Assembly: GCA_051313645.2 (NCBI GenBank)
Contig: JBNRSN020000005.1
Span: forward strand, 264,740,001-264,804,000
Direction of reading: 5' to 3'
Source: Centroscyllium fabricii
Lineage: Eukaryota
DNA: 64,000 nucleotides
Of this stretch, positions 50,230 to 62,396 are shown one piece after another (position 1 is the stretch's first letter; every line of letters starts with the position of its first letter). The translations under genes were made by a program, and so were the position numbers. Under the pieces are notes generated by a model that searched no databases, had not been told where the DNA came from, and saw only the letters and a program-made list of their open reading frames with translations.

Positions 50230-53200
50230 CTGGGAATCAGACAACGCACATTAGTTGCTTGAGTTGTGTCATTTGAAATTGCAGTAAATACAGTATAAAA
50301 CTTGAATGAAAGGTACACCGAACTAAACACCAACATACAGTGACTTCTTCCTTTATTTGCAAATAACGCGTTTCATTAAAACTCCTGCTTAGGTTCCATT
50401 TAAGTTACTAGCCAGCAGTTATTGCGGATAACACAATGTATTGATGAACACATCAACCACTTACATTTCAGTAGTGTTCCTGTTGGGAGAGAAATCTTCA
50501 AAGCATTTTACAGGACAAAGGAAAACAATCCGAAGGGAGAAAGATTTGGGAAAAGAGAGGGCAACAGTACTGTCCAAAAGAAGGGCTTCTAGACTTTTAA
50601 AAGCAGGGAAGGAGGTGGAAAGGCTGAGGGATTCGAGGCGTGAGTTCCAAACTGCGGGCACACAGTGGCTAAAAAAGTACCCACTTATGGTAGGGTGCAG
50701 GAAGTAAGCTAAAAGGAGTGAGCCAGAGTCAGAGAAGCGGAGGGCGTGTGTGATGACCAATGGTCAGAGGAGATCACTGAGCGGTGGTGAGAGGGAGGCG
50801 TGGAAGAATCTTGAAGTCAATTTGTTGGGGCACAGGAGTTTGCCAAGGAAAGGGGATTATGGCAGTGAGGACGCTGCCTCTGGTGCTCTGAATGAGTTGT
50901 AGAAGGTGGAAGAGGGGAGGCCTTTAAGAAGAGTATTAGAGGAGAGGCCAAGCTTGAGGTGATGGATTACAGTTTCAGCAGCAGTGAGGGTGGAGACCAA
51001 ATCATGTTTTAGAGGTGAAAGAAAGCAGTCTTGATAACTGATCAGCTGTGTGGACGGAGATTAAACTTTTGGGCCAGCATTACGTCAAGGGAAATCATAT
51101 TTATTTTTGATAATGATGGTTTCTTCACAATGTTCTTCCCCTTTCTCCCGCTCCACTCATGAAGACAGTGTCTCCTGCTGGGGTACAGTCCAACAGCAGC
51201 AGGCACCTTCAGGTACCTCATCATTCTTCATATGTAGGCCTAGACAATAATTATTGTCAAGCTATTGGACCATCACAAGCCAGCTCGATCTTGTTCTCAC
51301 TCAACTTCCATACATGCATACTTTCCAACAGAATGACTCTATAGGAACCAGGAATTGGAGCACGGGCTCCCATTTTCTCACTCCCCATTCTTGGAGCACC
51401 GAGGCCAATTGTTGTACTCTTACTATTACCCTGGCTGAAAACAACTGATTCAGACCAGATGGGAAATGAACCTGGGACCGTCTGCATGGCTTACTGCAAC
51501 TACAACTGGACCATCATTACAGGGGAGAGGGAATTAATTATGAGTTTTTAAAGAAAATGATAATGAATAATGCTGTGGGTGAGTTCTGTGTATCTGGCTA
51601 ATGGATTTCAGATACTGTACCTGTAATCACATGAAGATGCTGGACATTTTGAAAGCACATGCAGACATTAGGCAGCGCACCAGCTCAGAAACCGATTATT
51701 TCAACTAAGCAAGAGCTGATGGATGCTCCAACGGCTCAAGGAGTTCATGCAGTGATTAGCTAAACTCTACAGATCAGGAAGATTCCATGACATGTAACAG
51801 GTCAGGTGAACTCGGCTGGGGGTGGGGGGGGGGTGATATTGGTGGTTTTTTTTGTCAGCCAGACTTTGGACACATGTGGAAACCCTCAATTGTCACGCTC
51901 AATAGTCTACAGTCCATACTGAGAAATCCCGTTGCTGCCTGACCTGCTGAGTATTTCCAGTATTTTCTGTTTTTAAGTCTAACTCCTTGATTGGACCTCA
52001 GCATATAGATGTGTCAGTGGGATCTGGGATTTTTCTAGTAACCCTTCAAGCTGAGCTAGGTGGCCCTAGCTGGTCAGGAGAGAAAGAGTTTTTGATGGAC
52101 TGCACATTTTCTCCCCACATAGACACATCCTATGCATCTAAGCCCAAAGAACTCGGGTGCAGGTTGGCAGAACCAAGGCCCAGTGGCCACCAAGTATGCA
52201 ACAAGAATACCACTGGAGTTTAAGATGGTAAAACTGTGCAGTTTACCAGCTTAGAACATTGTTACTCTTTCCCTGCTTGACCAGCTAGGACCACCTAGTT
52301 CAGCTTGAAGGGTTACTAGAAAACTCCCAGTGTTTTTGGGTCGGTGCGGTAGATCTGTCAAGGCGAACCTGGACAGATCGCAAGTTCCAGGTTTCTGCGC
52401 ATGCGCAGCACATGTGGAATCCCGGAACTTGCAGGGCATTTTGGAAGGTTTACACCGCCATCGACACCATAATTTCAGGCCCAATGGTTCAGGTCGATGA
52501 CCTTTCATCAGAATTCAGTATTTGCAGCATCCTCTGTTTTTATTTCAAATTTCCAGCATCCGCAGTATTGTTTTAAGGAGGTAGACTTGTTGCTGAAACA
52601 CCTGGAGGACATAGAAACATAGAAGATAAGAGCAGGAGTAGGCCATTCGGCCCCTCGAGCCTGCTCCGCCATTCAATGAAATCATGGCTGATCATCCAAA
52701 CTCAGTACCCTATTCCTGCTTTCTTCCCATATCCCTTGATCCCTTTAGCCTTAAGGAATATATCCAACTCCTTCTTGAATATATTTAATGAATTGGCCTC
52801 TACTGCCTTCTGTGGTAGAGAATTCCACAGGTTCACCACTCTCTGGGTGAACTATTCTCTCTGACTGTGGACTACCTGGCTCAATATCAGATTTAGGAGT
52901 CCATAGAAGTTCAACTCAGTTCTAATCTCCATTTACCGTGTGGGTCATCTTGGATCAATATAAATTCTGCTTTTCCCCATTCCCTAGTCATTAGGAAACT
53001 GACAAGAAATCCTTGCCAGGCAGACAGCGGGTACCAGGGTCTCTTCCTGAGTGGCATCATTGGCAATACAACTCTGGAGGTTTCCGCGGCTCATCTGCCA
53101 AGGTTACGGCGGACCAGCGGGAGAACCTATGGTGTATTTATGAGTGTAGTTTAAATACCCAACAATGTTCTGATTAAATTTGTGGCAGTGTCTGCGCCTC

Positions 53201-53709
53201 CAAGTGCCCGATATTTCGCTATAGTTAAAACCTGGGGCCAAATCTAGAGGCCACTTGGATGATTTTTGCCGGGATGCCTCTTTTTGTACACATTGCGAGG
53301 CAATGCTCTGACAATGGATTTCGATATTTATTATTGCAAACTCTTAAAAATATAACATTTCTGTATTTTAACTGACACGGCCATGCTTGCGGTTCATGTC
53401 CGGGGGTAAGATACCTCGAGCAGACAGGCGTGTTTGAACGTGTTCATCTTTAGCTCTTTATTTTAGCTTCATTCATTGGGCTGGGTTTACACTTTCAGTT
53501 TCACTGTGGGCCCCATTCTGCCCTCCCCGGGAGACACCCCCCCCCTCTGCTCATTGCGGGTGGGGAAGGCAGGGATTTTATAATAACAGTGAAGGCTAAA
53601 TACAACTGAAATGAAAATATCCGTCTAGTCATTAAAATTGAATTGAACTGAATGATACCGTGCCCACATTCGCCTGGTGATACTGGATGATTTTGCAAAC
53701 AAGAATACT

Positions 53710-54091
53710 TGTTGAAACATATAAAATTCTAACAGGACTGGACAGACTAGATGCAGGAAGGATGTTCCCGATGATGGCGGAGTCCAGAACCAGGAGTCCT
53801 AGTCTAAGGATAAGGGGCGAGCCATTTAGGACAGAGATGACGAGGAATTTCTTCACCCAGAGAGTGGTGAACCTGTGGAATTCTCTACCACAGAGGGCCG
53901 TAGAGGCCAATTCATTAAATATATTCACGAAGGAGCTGGATATATTCCTTAAGGCTAAAGGGATCAAGGGATATGAGGAGAAGGCAGGGACAGGGTACTG
54001 AGTTTGGATGATCAACCATGATCTCATTGAATGGCGGAGCGGGCTCGAGGGGCTGAATGGCCTACTCCTGCTCCTATCTTCTATGTTTCTA
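53710..54091 (+). mobile_element. CR1 LINE 3' fragment
   Basis: ETYKILTGLDRLDAGRMFP...RNFFTQRVVNLWNSLP; (TTCTATGT)n tail. Inverted relative at 52609-52849. Confidence 0.85.
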
Positions 54092-54634
54092 TGTAAAAGG
54101 AGAGTTAAATTTAAGGTAATTGGCAAAAGAACCAGATGGATGATGAGGAGAACTATTTTTACAGAACGAATTGTTCTGATCTGGAATGCACGGCCTGAAA
54201 GGATGGTGGAGGCAGATTCAATAGTAACTGTCTGCCTACAGGGACCATAGCAATTTACCGTACAGAAAGTGGCCAATCGGCCCATCATGTCTGTGCCTGG
54301 CCAAAAAAGAGCGATGCAGCCTAATCCCAGCTTCCAGCTCTTGGTCCCTAGCCATGTAGGTTGCAGCTTTTCAAGTGCATATCCACATACTTTTTAAATG
54401 TGATGAAGGTTTCTGCCTCTTCCGCCCTTTGAGGCAGTGAGTTCCAGACCCCCCAGCACCCTCTGGGTGAGAAAAGCTTGAAAAGGCAACATTTAGGGGG
54501 GCGTAGTGTAACTAATTGGATCACTCTTTCAAACAGCCGGCACAGGCACGCTGGGCCGAATGGCCTGCACGATTCTGATTCTGTCACTAACTGGTGGGAT
54601 GGAAGCGCTCCTGCCACGCGATATTGCTACTTAC

Positions 54635-55285
54635 ATTCAGTTCAAAGGTCTGTAGCGCTGTCCTGTAGCCCCCCGAGACCGGGGGCAGAAGCCTCAGCAC
54701 CTCCTTCACCACACAGTCCAGATAGCGCAGGCGGCTGAGAGTATCCAGGCTCAGGTATCGCTGGCAGTCGCAATCCCGGGACAGCTGGCCCGCCTCAGGC
54801 TCTGGCCCGGGGGACAAGGCTTCCGGGCACTCCCGATCTCCAGTGAGGAGGGGCTGACAGCGCTCCTTATCCTGGATTGTGCTGTCTTGGTTGATGCGGA
54901 TTTGCTGGCACTCGTTATCCCGGACCAGTTTACCTATGGAGTTGGCGGATTGAAGCCAGCCCTTGTCCCGGGTTAAATTCTCTTGGGTGAAAGACCGCTG
55001 GCACCCTTCAGCCCAAGTCTGTTTGTCCCGGGTCACCGAGTCACGCCGGCCGTCCGGGTCCTTGTTTCCAGTGTCCGGGGAGAGCTGGCCGTCCTTGTGT
55101 GGAGCGGGCTGATCCCGGGTTGTGAGGGGCTGATTGCACTGGCAATTGCGGACTAACCCGTGCTGCTGCAGCTCCTGCCTGACTTTCTCCAGGACCTGGG
55201 CGTGTTGCAGCAACAGGAGCACCAGGGATGTGCTGGCACTCGCCGTGGTGGAGAAAGCGGCGAAGATCAACTCAACCGCAGATTC
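54635..55285 (-). CDS. CYP26C1: CYP26C1 penultimate coding exon (I-J-K helices with long insertion)
   Basis: atccag|GAA...AAT|gtaagt; ESAVELIFAAFSTTASASTSLVLLLLQH (C1-type, unlike B1 DGTLELIFAAY)...YLDCVVKEVLRLLPPVSGGYRTALQTFELN; 651 nt open; lies next to CYP26A1 as in human. Confidence 0.92.
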
Positions 55286-55684
55286 CTGGATATATAAAAA
55301 GAGAGGTGTCGAGATAAATGACAGACTGCTGGAAGGAGGAAAAGGCTGTAATCCCACCGCAGACACTGGATCAAGCCCAGAAACGATTAACTAGTTTGGA
55401 GCACAATTCATCTTTGAACTTTTCCCTGTTTGGAAAATTGCCCAAACCATGACAATACAGACACATAAATCGATACAAAGTAAAAGGATACTCAATAGAT
55501 CCGTTTTAACCCCATTTAAAACGTGTTTATGTAATATAAGTTTTATAAATGTACTACTGAGAGTATCCTGTCGGGGAGCATCACCGCCTGGTCTGTTAAC
55601 CATGATGTGGAGGTGTTGGACTGGGGTGGACAAATGCAAGGAGTCACACAACACCAGGTTATAGTCTAACAGTTATATTTGAAA

Positions 55685-55721
55685 TCACAAGCTTTCGGAG
55701 CGTTGCTCCTTCATCAGGTGA
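55685..55721 (-). ncRNA. Minimal hammerhead-ribozyme-like motif (family B), intact core, sense in CYP26C1 intron
   Basis: Minus strand: TCAC CTGATGA A GGAGC aac GCTCC GAA AGCT T GTGA. Confidence 0.7.
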
Positions 55722-56041
55722 AGTGAAGAGATGCACATAGGCACAGCATATATAGTCAGAGAACAATGCTAGATGATTACAGGTAATTTTTCATTTTATT
55801 TTTTATTGCTTTGTTTTTTGTTTTTCATACAGCTTGTGCAACATTTGACCTCTTGTGACCCCACCTCATTGTTCTTTGATGGAATGTTTTGCTGACTGAC
55901 CTGTTTGGACACCATTTACACCTATGATTGCGGTGATTATTTCTCAGCCGAGGTGTGATAAAGAGCAGTTAGAAAAATTACCTGTAATCATCTAGCATTG
56001 TTTTCTGACTATAATGCTGTGCCTATATGCATCTCTCCACT

Positions 56042-56078
56042 TCACCTGATGAAGGAGCAGTGCTCCGAAAGCTTGTGA
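56042..56078 (+). ncRNA. Minimal hammerhead-ribozyme-like motif (family B), intact core
   Basis: TCAC CTGATGA A GGAGC agt GCTCC GAA AGCT T GTGA. Confidence 0.7.
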
Positions 56079-56149
56079 TTTCAAATAAAACTGTTGGACT
56101 ATAACCTGGTGTTGTGTGACTTCTTACATTGGTATATTAACAGCATTAA

Positions 56150-56597
56150 ACAAGACCGTAGGGCCCTGCAGAGGGTAGTACGGACAGCACAATGTACCAC
56201 CAGGTGTGCACTCCCTAACCTGCAGGATATCTACACCAGGCGGTCGGTGCATGACTAAGGCTAAGAAGGTCATTAAGGATCCTAGTCACCCAAACAACGA
56301 CATCTTCTCACTGCTGCGGTCAGGAAAATGCTACCACAGCAGTAAGACCAACACAGAGAGGCTTAGGAGGAGCTTTTATCCCCAAGCCATCCGGATCCTA
56401 AATGAAGACGCTACCAAGGGTCGGGATACTGCTCCCTGACGGTTTAATGTCTTTTTCTTCTTGTAATTATTAATTATTATTTGTATTTATTGTTATCCGG
56501 AGAGCACAGACATGGAACTTGCGATTAAGCATTTCACTACACTTTGTACATGTATAATGATGTATGTGACAAATAAAGTAAACTTGAAACTTGAAAC
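56150..56597 (+). mobile_element. Rex1/Babar-type LINE 3' end, different subfamily
   Basis: RALQRVVRTAQ...IKDPSHP...SFYPQAIRILN; AATAAA plus (GAAACTT)n tail. Confidence 0.75.
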
Positions 56598-57573
56598 CAT
56601 AAGTGTATTAGTTTAAAATATTGAAATGCCTCCCTATTAAGTCTAGTAGTTAATGGCCGTTCATCAGGGAACTGTTTGTTCCAACAGACCCGACAACTCC
56701 AGGTTGATGAAGTTTTATCAAAGTCTCCCTTCAATGTTGTCCTCGATTATTAAACAGGAAGCTCCCGTTAAAATGGCCGGCCAGTGGAAGGAAGGCGGAG
56801 TTCAGGAGCTGGTCCTTCCGCTGGACACACCACATGCTGATGTCAGTGAAATCTCCAACAATGGGAAGGAACTGAAATAACAACAGAAAATGCTGGAAAA
56901 ACTTAGCAGGCCAGGCAACATCCGTGGAGAGAAATAGAGTCAACGTTTCGGGTTCAGACACTTTTTCAAGACTGAAGCAAGAAAATGAAAGAGGTAGGAA
57001 GGCCGGGGGAGCTGGGAGAGAACAAAAGAGAAAAGAGAAGAGATAACAAAGAGAAGAGCTGACGGTTGTCACAGCTCAGGGATCATCAGCAGTTGAATGA
57101 TGATACTGTGGCTCACTTGAGATTAAAAAGAAGTTCAGAAATAAAATTCATAAAGTTTGTTGAGCTTTTTTTTAACCATAACTGTTTCACGCGGTGCGTC
57201 CACTGGTGCAAAGTCGGCAGTATTATTCTGCTCCTATAAACAGGGGAGTTCTTCCTGCATCTTGGCCAACAATTATTCCTCAACCAACATCAGCAAAATA
57301 GATGATCTGGTCATTATCACAGTGCTGTGTGTGGGAGCTTGCTGTGCATAAATTAACTGACACATTTCCTATATTACAACAGTGACTGCAATTCAAAAAA
57401 TATTTAATTGGCTGTAAAGTGCTTTGGGACATCCTGATGTTGTGAACAACCTATAGAAAAGGCAAATCGTTCTTTTCTTTCTATAGCATTAGTGCAGCAC
57501 AAAAAAACCACCACTCCAATACCAAATGTGTAATAAATTGATCCAATTGACAGACTTGCCTCTAGCCTCTCTC

Positions 57574-59180
57574 CCTTCATAGGTAGTCCCTCAGAACCGA
57601 GTATGACTTGCATCCACATTAAAAATGAGTTCTCAGATGACTGATGAGTCCTATGCGGGACCTACAGAGTCTATCACAGGTGGGGCAGACGATGGTTGAA
57701 GGGGTGGGTGGGTGAGGTACTTGGGTTGAGGTGCGCTCCTTGTGCTGCCTGCGCTTGGCTTCCGCTTGCTCCCAGCGAAGAGACTCTAGGTGTTCGGCGC
57801 CTTCCCGGATGCTTCTCCTCCACTTTGTGCGGTCTTGGGCCAGGGATTCCCAGGTGTCAGTGGGGATGTTACACTTTTTCAAGGAGGCTTTGAGGATGTC
57901 CTTGAAGCGTTTCCTCTGTCCACCTGGGGCTCTCTTGCTGTGCCGGAGCTGCGAGTGGAGCGCTTGTTTTGGGAGTCTCGTATCGGGCATGTGGACAATG
58001 TGACCTGTCCATCGGAGCTGATCGAACGTGGTCACAGCTTCGATGCTGGGGATGTTGGCCAATGGATTTGCAGGATATTGGGGAGGCAGCGTTGGTGGTA
58101 CCTCTCCAGTGCTTTGAGGTGCCTGCTGTACATGGTGCATGTCTCTGAGGCATACAGCAGGGCGGGTATCACTGCTGCTCTGTAGACCATGAGCTTAGTG
58201 CCAGGCTTGAGATCCTGGTCTTCAAGCACTCTTTTCCTCAGGCGACTGAAGGCTGCACTGGCACACTGAAGGCGGTGTTGGACTTCGTCGTCGACGTCTG
58301 CCCTTGTTGACAGTAGGCTCCCGAGGTATGGAAAATGGTCCACGTTGTCCAAGAGCTTATCGTGGATTTTGATAATCGGGGGGATGTACATAAGAACATA
58401 AGAAATAGGAGCAGGAGTAGGCCAATCGGCCCCTCAAGCCTGCTCCGTCGTTCAATAAGATCATGGCTGATCTGATCCTAACCTCGAATCTACTTTCACT
58501 TTCCATCCCACCCGAACCCATGTGATCTCTCAGGAGAGGTGAAAAACCAGATAAAAAACCCAGTGGCCAATTTGATGGAAAAAATCTGGGAAATTCCTCT
58601 CCAACCCATCTAGGCGATCGAAACTCGTCCAGGAGATCACTCTGGCCCTGAATTTCCTGCAGAACCTACCTTCTGTAAGAGGTGACCAGGCCACACAGCC
58701 CCCGGGCCCGCTCTGCCACCCACAGGATCATGGCCGATCTGAACCTAGACTCACGTCCACTTACCTGCCTGCTCACCGTATCCCCCAATTCCCTTTACTT
58801 CTAGGAAACTGTCTATCTCGGTTTTAAATTTATTCAATGTTGTAGCTTCCACAGCTCTCTGGGGCAGCAAATTCCACAGACCTACCACCATCTGAATGAA
58901 GAAGTTTCTCCTCATCTCAGTTTTGAAAGGGCAGCCCGTTATTTTAAGATTATGCCCCCTAGTTTTAGTTTCACCACCATTGGGAACATCCTCACTGCAT
59001 CCACCCGATCAAGCCCCTTCACAACCTTATATGTTTCAATAGGTACTGTGTGGCGGGGGCAGGTTGGTAGAGGATCGTTGTCTTACGGATGTTTAGTGTA
59101 AGGCCCATGCTCTCGTGCGCTTCGGTGAAGGTGCTGACGATGGTTTGGAGTTTGATCTCCGAGTGAGCGCAGACGCAGCC
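57574..59180 (-). mobile_element. RTE (BovB-like) LINE interrupted by a nested CR1 (about 58390-59042)
   Basis: VDHFPYLGSLLS..DDEVQHRLQCASAAFSRLRKRV, LRWTGHIVHMPDTRLPKQ, CPTCDRLCRSRIGLISH; RTE frame resumes at 59043-59180 (CAHSEIKLQTIV..GLTLNIRKTTILYQP). Confidence 0.85.
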
Positions 59181-60290
59181 TCTCTCCACTGTGATCGTTT
59201 CTCTATTTTATTGGCACTACTCTGGTCAGTGTTTCTCTGAAGGTCCCTTCTAAGTCTCTACACCCTCTTCCTCCTCTCCACATCCAAATCAAGACTCATG
59301 GCACAGTCTCCTACTCAAACTCATTCTTTCCCACAACCGCAAAAATCACACAACTCCTGGCTTCCTTCAGTCTTGCCCTCCTGCGACAATCTTCAGGCTT
59401 TTAAACCCAATGTTGGTGTCATCTAACCTAACCACTACTTCCTGATTTATACTCACCTTGGCCATCGTTCCTCAGTTTGGTTTTCAATTTATTTAAAAAG
59501 TTAGCTCCTTTCCTCCCCACCCTTATGTATTCCATTTCCACAACAAGTACATTAAAGCTAATTAAAGCTTGAAAAGCTTTAAAGTATTGAAAAGCCAGTT
59601 ATGATGTTCTCACATGATTTTTAGTTGTTTTTCATATAATATATAATTTTTTTTTGAAATGACTGTTTGGGAATACTAGCAGTCAAATGCTTGACAGGTT
59701 GGTATGGCATCCCACTGTTCACCATTTTCATGCAGCTACTAACTTTTTTGTTTAAGTCTTGACTGAAATAGTGGATGAAGGAGTGATGTACAAAAGCATT
59801 AAGCATTTATTCAGCAGGAAATTCCAACTTATTGTGAGCAAAATGTTAGCATTAGCACAGATGCTCATAGCAATGATACACACCAGTGTGTAAGACCCAG
59901 GGTAATACAATAGTTAATGCTGCTGTTATCATTTCTGAATTTCAATAAACCTATACTTTCTGGTAGGTTTGTTCACTCCTACTCCCCTGAGCGCTCTCGC
60001 GCACTGGAAAGGAATGAGACCAATTTATCCTGGTTAAGTCACATTACAACATTTTTTGTATGATTTATATTTTTTTAATGTACAGTGCCATTCTGCACTC
60101 ATAATTCATCAGGGGCAATATGTCAAAAATCATTTAATATAATGCTGCTTTTCCTCCTGTGAAGCACCATGGGATGTTTTACTACGTTAAAGGAGCTATA
60201 CATAACTATACGTTGTTTTTCCTAACCCACAAGCTAAATGATCTGTTGTGTACCACTAGTCTGAAACTTGTACTCAATCAACACCTAATG

Positions 60291-60424
60291 CTGATGAAAG
60301 GTCATTGACCTGAAACGTTAACTCTGTTTCTCTCGCTCCACAGATGCTGCCTGACCAGCTGAGTATCTCCAGCATTTTCTGTTTTTATTTCAGATTTCCA
60401 TCATCCACAGTATTTTGCTTTTGT
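60291..60424 (+). mobile_element. Family-A Penelope terminus starting at CTGATGA
   Basis: CTGATGA A AGGTC att GACCT GAA ACGT T AACT...; flanked by acctaatg(c/t)tgatg direct repeats (60283-60296, 60425-60438). Confidence 0.8.
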
Positions 60425-60592
60425 ACCTAATGTTGATGTTTGGTTAGAATATTGGTGACTACATGTGACGTGTCATAAAAATAAATGATTATGCTGTTCC
60501 TGAACCAGCCCCAGATGATAAAATGCTAAATACATTGAAAGATGAACCACAACTTAATTTACATATTCAATCTGATGCCATTAAATAGGTTG

Positions 60593-60789
60593 TAAGAAGT
60601 CATACAACACCAGGTTATAGTCCAACAGTTTTATTTGAAATCACAAGCTTTTGGAGCGTAGCTCCTTCCTCTGAGGAAGGAACTGCGCTCCGAAAGCTTA
60701 TGATTTCAAATAAAACTGTTGGACTATAACCTGGTGTTGTGTGACTTCTTACAATTGTCCACCCCAGTCCAACATCGGCACCTCCATAT
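60593..60789 (+). mobile_element. Fold-back family-B insertion
   Basis: Palindromic arms meeting near CTGAGGA (60671); 14-bp TSD cattaaataggttg at 60579-60592 and 60790-60803. Confidence 0.85.
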
Positions 60790-61436
60790 CATTAAATAGG
60801 TTGCACATCCAGTTTCAGTGGGTTTAACCGAGTCATCGCTGGTCTGTGCTGCGATGGCAATAAAGTGCTTAAACTGGCCTCAGGGCCTCTGGGTTATGGA
60901 GGGGGAAGAACGCAGCCAGGGCTCCTACTCCAGATTTCTATCCAGCAACCCCTGCAGGAGGCTTGTGTATAGACTTTGAGTAAGAACAAGATTGAGCGTA
61001 ACTGTGATGCCCTTTATTGTTGTATAGTCTGCCAACTTTCACAGTCATGGGTCATGTGAATAATGGTCACTTGGGTGAGGGGAGCCCTTGGAACTTTACC
61101 TTATCAAGCTGTCAGGACATGAGGAAAAGGGAGTCAATTGGTAAAAAAGGGTCCACATTCTATATAGCCGCAAAAGTTTAAATTTGCTAGTGCAGAATAT
61201 ATATATATATATACATACATATATTTGTAAAAAATGAGTTACTACTGTCATATACTAGTCATTTGGCATCATGTCAATTGGAATCAGAATACAAGTAATA
61301 GGTATTCCATCCACCATGCTTTCAAACTCTGCCTGCTGCAAATTTCTCTTTCCTCCAGTCACTACCTATTTAACTCCTCAACCAAATTCTCCAGCATTCC
61401 ACCTGTACAAACTGGTAAGTTTTAAAGCTGAACCTG

Positions 61437-62396
61437 AACACGGGGGCCCTTACCCTGAACACGTGGGCCCCACAAGGCTGTGTGCTGAGCCCCCTCCTCT
61501 ACTCCCTCTTCACTCACGACTGTGCGGCTGTCCATGGCTCCAACACGATCATCAGGTTTGCGGACGACACCACGGTGGTTGGCCAGATCACCAACAACGA
61601 TGAGTCAGCCTACAGGGATGAGATCCAGCACCTTGTGGGATGGTGTGCCGACAACAACCTGGCACTGAACACCAAGAAAACTAAGGAGATCATAGTGGAC
61701 TTCCAGAAGACTGGAAGCAGAAGACACACCCCCATCTTCATCCAAGGGGCTGAGGTGGAAAGGGTGTCCAGCTTCAAGTTCCTCGGGGTCCACATCTCGG
61801 AAGACCTCTCCTGGTCACTAAACACCTCTTCTTTGATTAAGAAGGCCCAACAGCGCCTGTACTTCCTAAGGAAGCTGAAAAAAGCCAAGCTGTCATCCGG
61901 CATCCTCTCCAACTTCTACCGCTGCACAATCGAAAGCATACTGACAAGCTGCATCACAGTCTGGTATGGAAACTGCACCATCTCGGACCGGAAGGCCCTG
62001 CAGCGGGTAGTCAAAACTGCCCAATGAATCACCGGCACCCAGCTACCGTCAATTGAAAGCATCTACCTCAAATGATGCCTACGGAGGTCTCTGAACATTA
62101 TTAAAGACCCCACACACCCCAGCCACAGTCTGTTCACCCCCCTGCTCTCCGGGAGACGCTACAGATCAATCCACACCCGCACGACTAGATTCAAGAACAG
62201 CTTTTTCCCCAGGGCTGTCAGCATCCTGAACTCTAACAAAAAACTCTGGTATCTGCACACCTGAAATGTACTTTACTGTATGCAATTGTATGTAAATTAT
62301 TTGCACTACTCTTGGGAGCGGCGAGTCTTCGTTTCGTTGTATTGTACTAGTACTCTGCAATGACAATAAAACTTAAATTGAATTGAATTGAATTGG
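61437..62396 (+). mobile_element. Rex1/Babar-type LINE 3' fragment
   Basis: GAPQGCVLSPLLYSLFTHDC...RFADDTTVVG...LQRVVKTAQ; AATAAA plus (AATTG)n tail. Confidence 0.88.

Larger units (their letters stand above)
55606..56130 (-). mobile_element. Long fold-back family-B element
   Basis: About 150-bp inverted arms (about 55641-55790 and 55972-56122), each with a hammerhead-like core, spacer about 180 bp. Confidence 0.82.

Noticed and set aside
49861-55285. Assignment as CYP26B1
   Set aside because: ESAVEL..AAF, ETAAVY and TARWELA residues and adjacency to CYP26A1 indicate CYP26C1.
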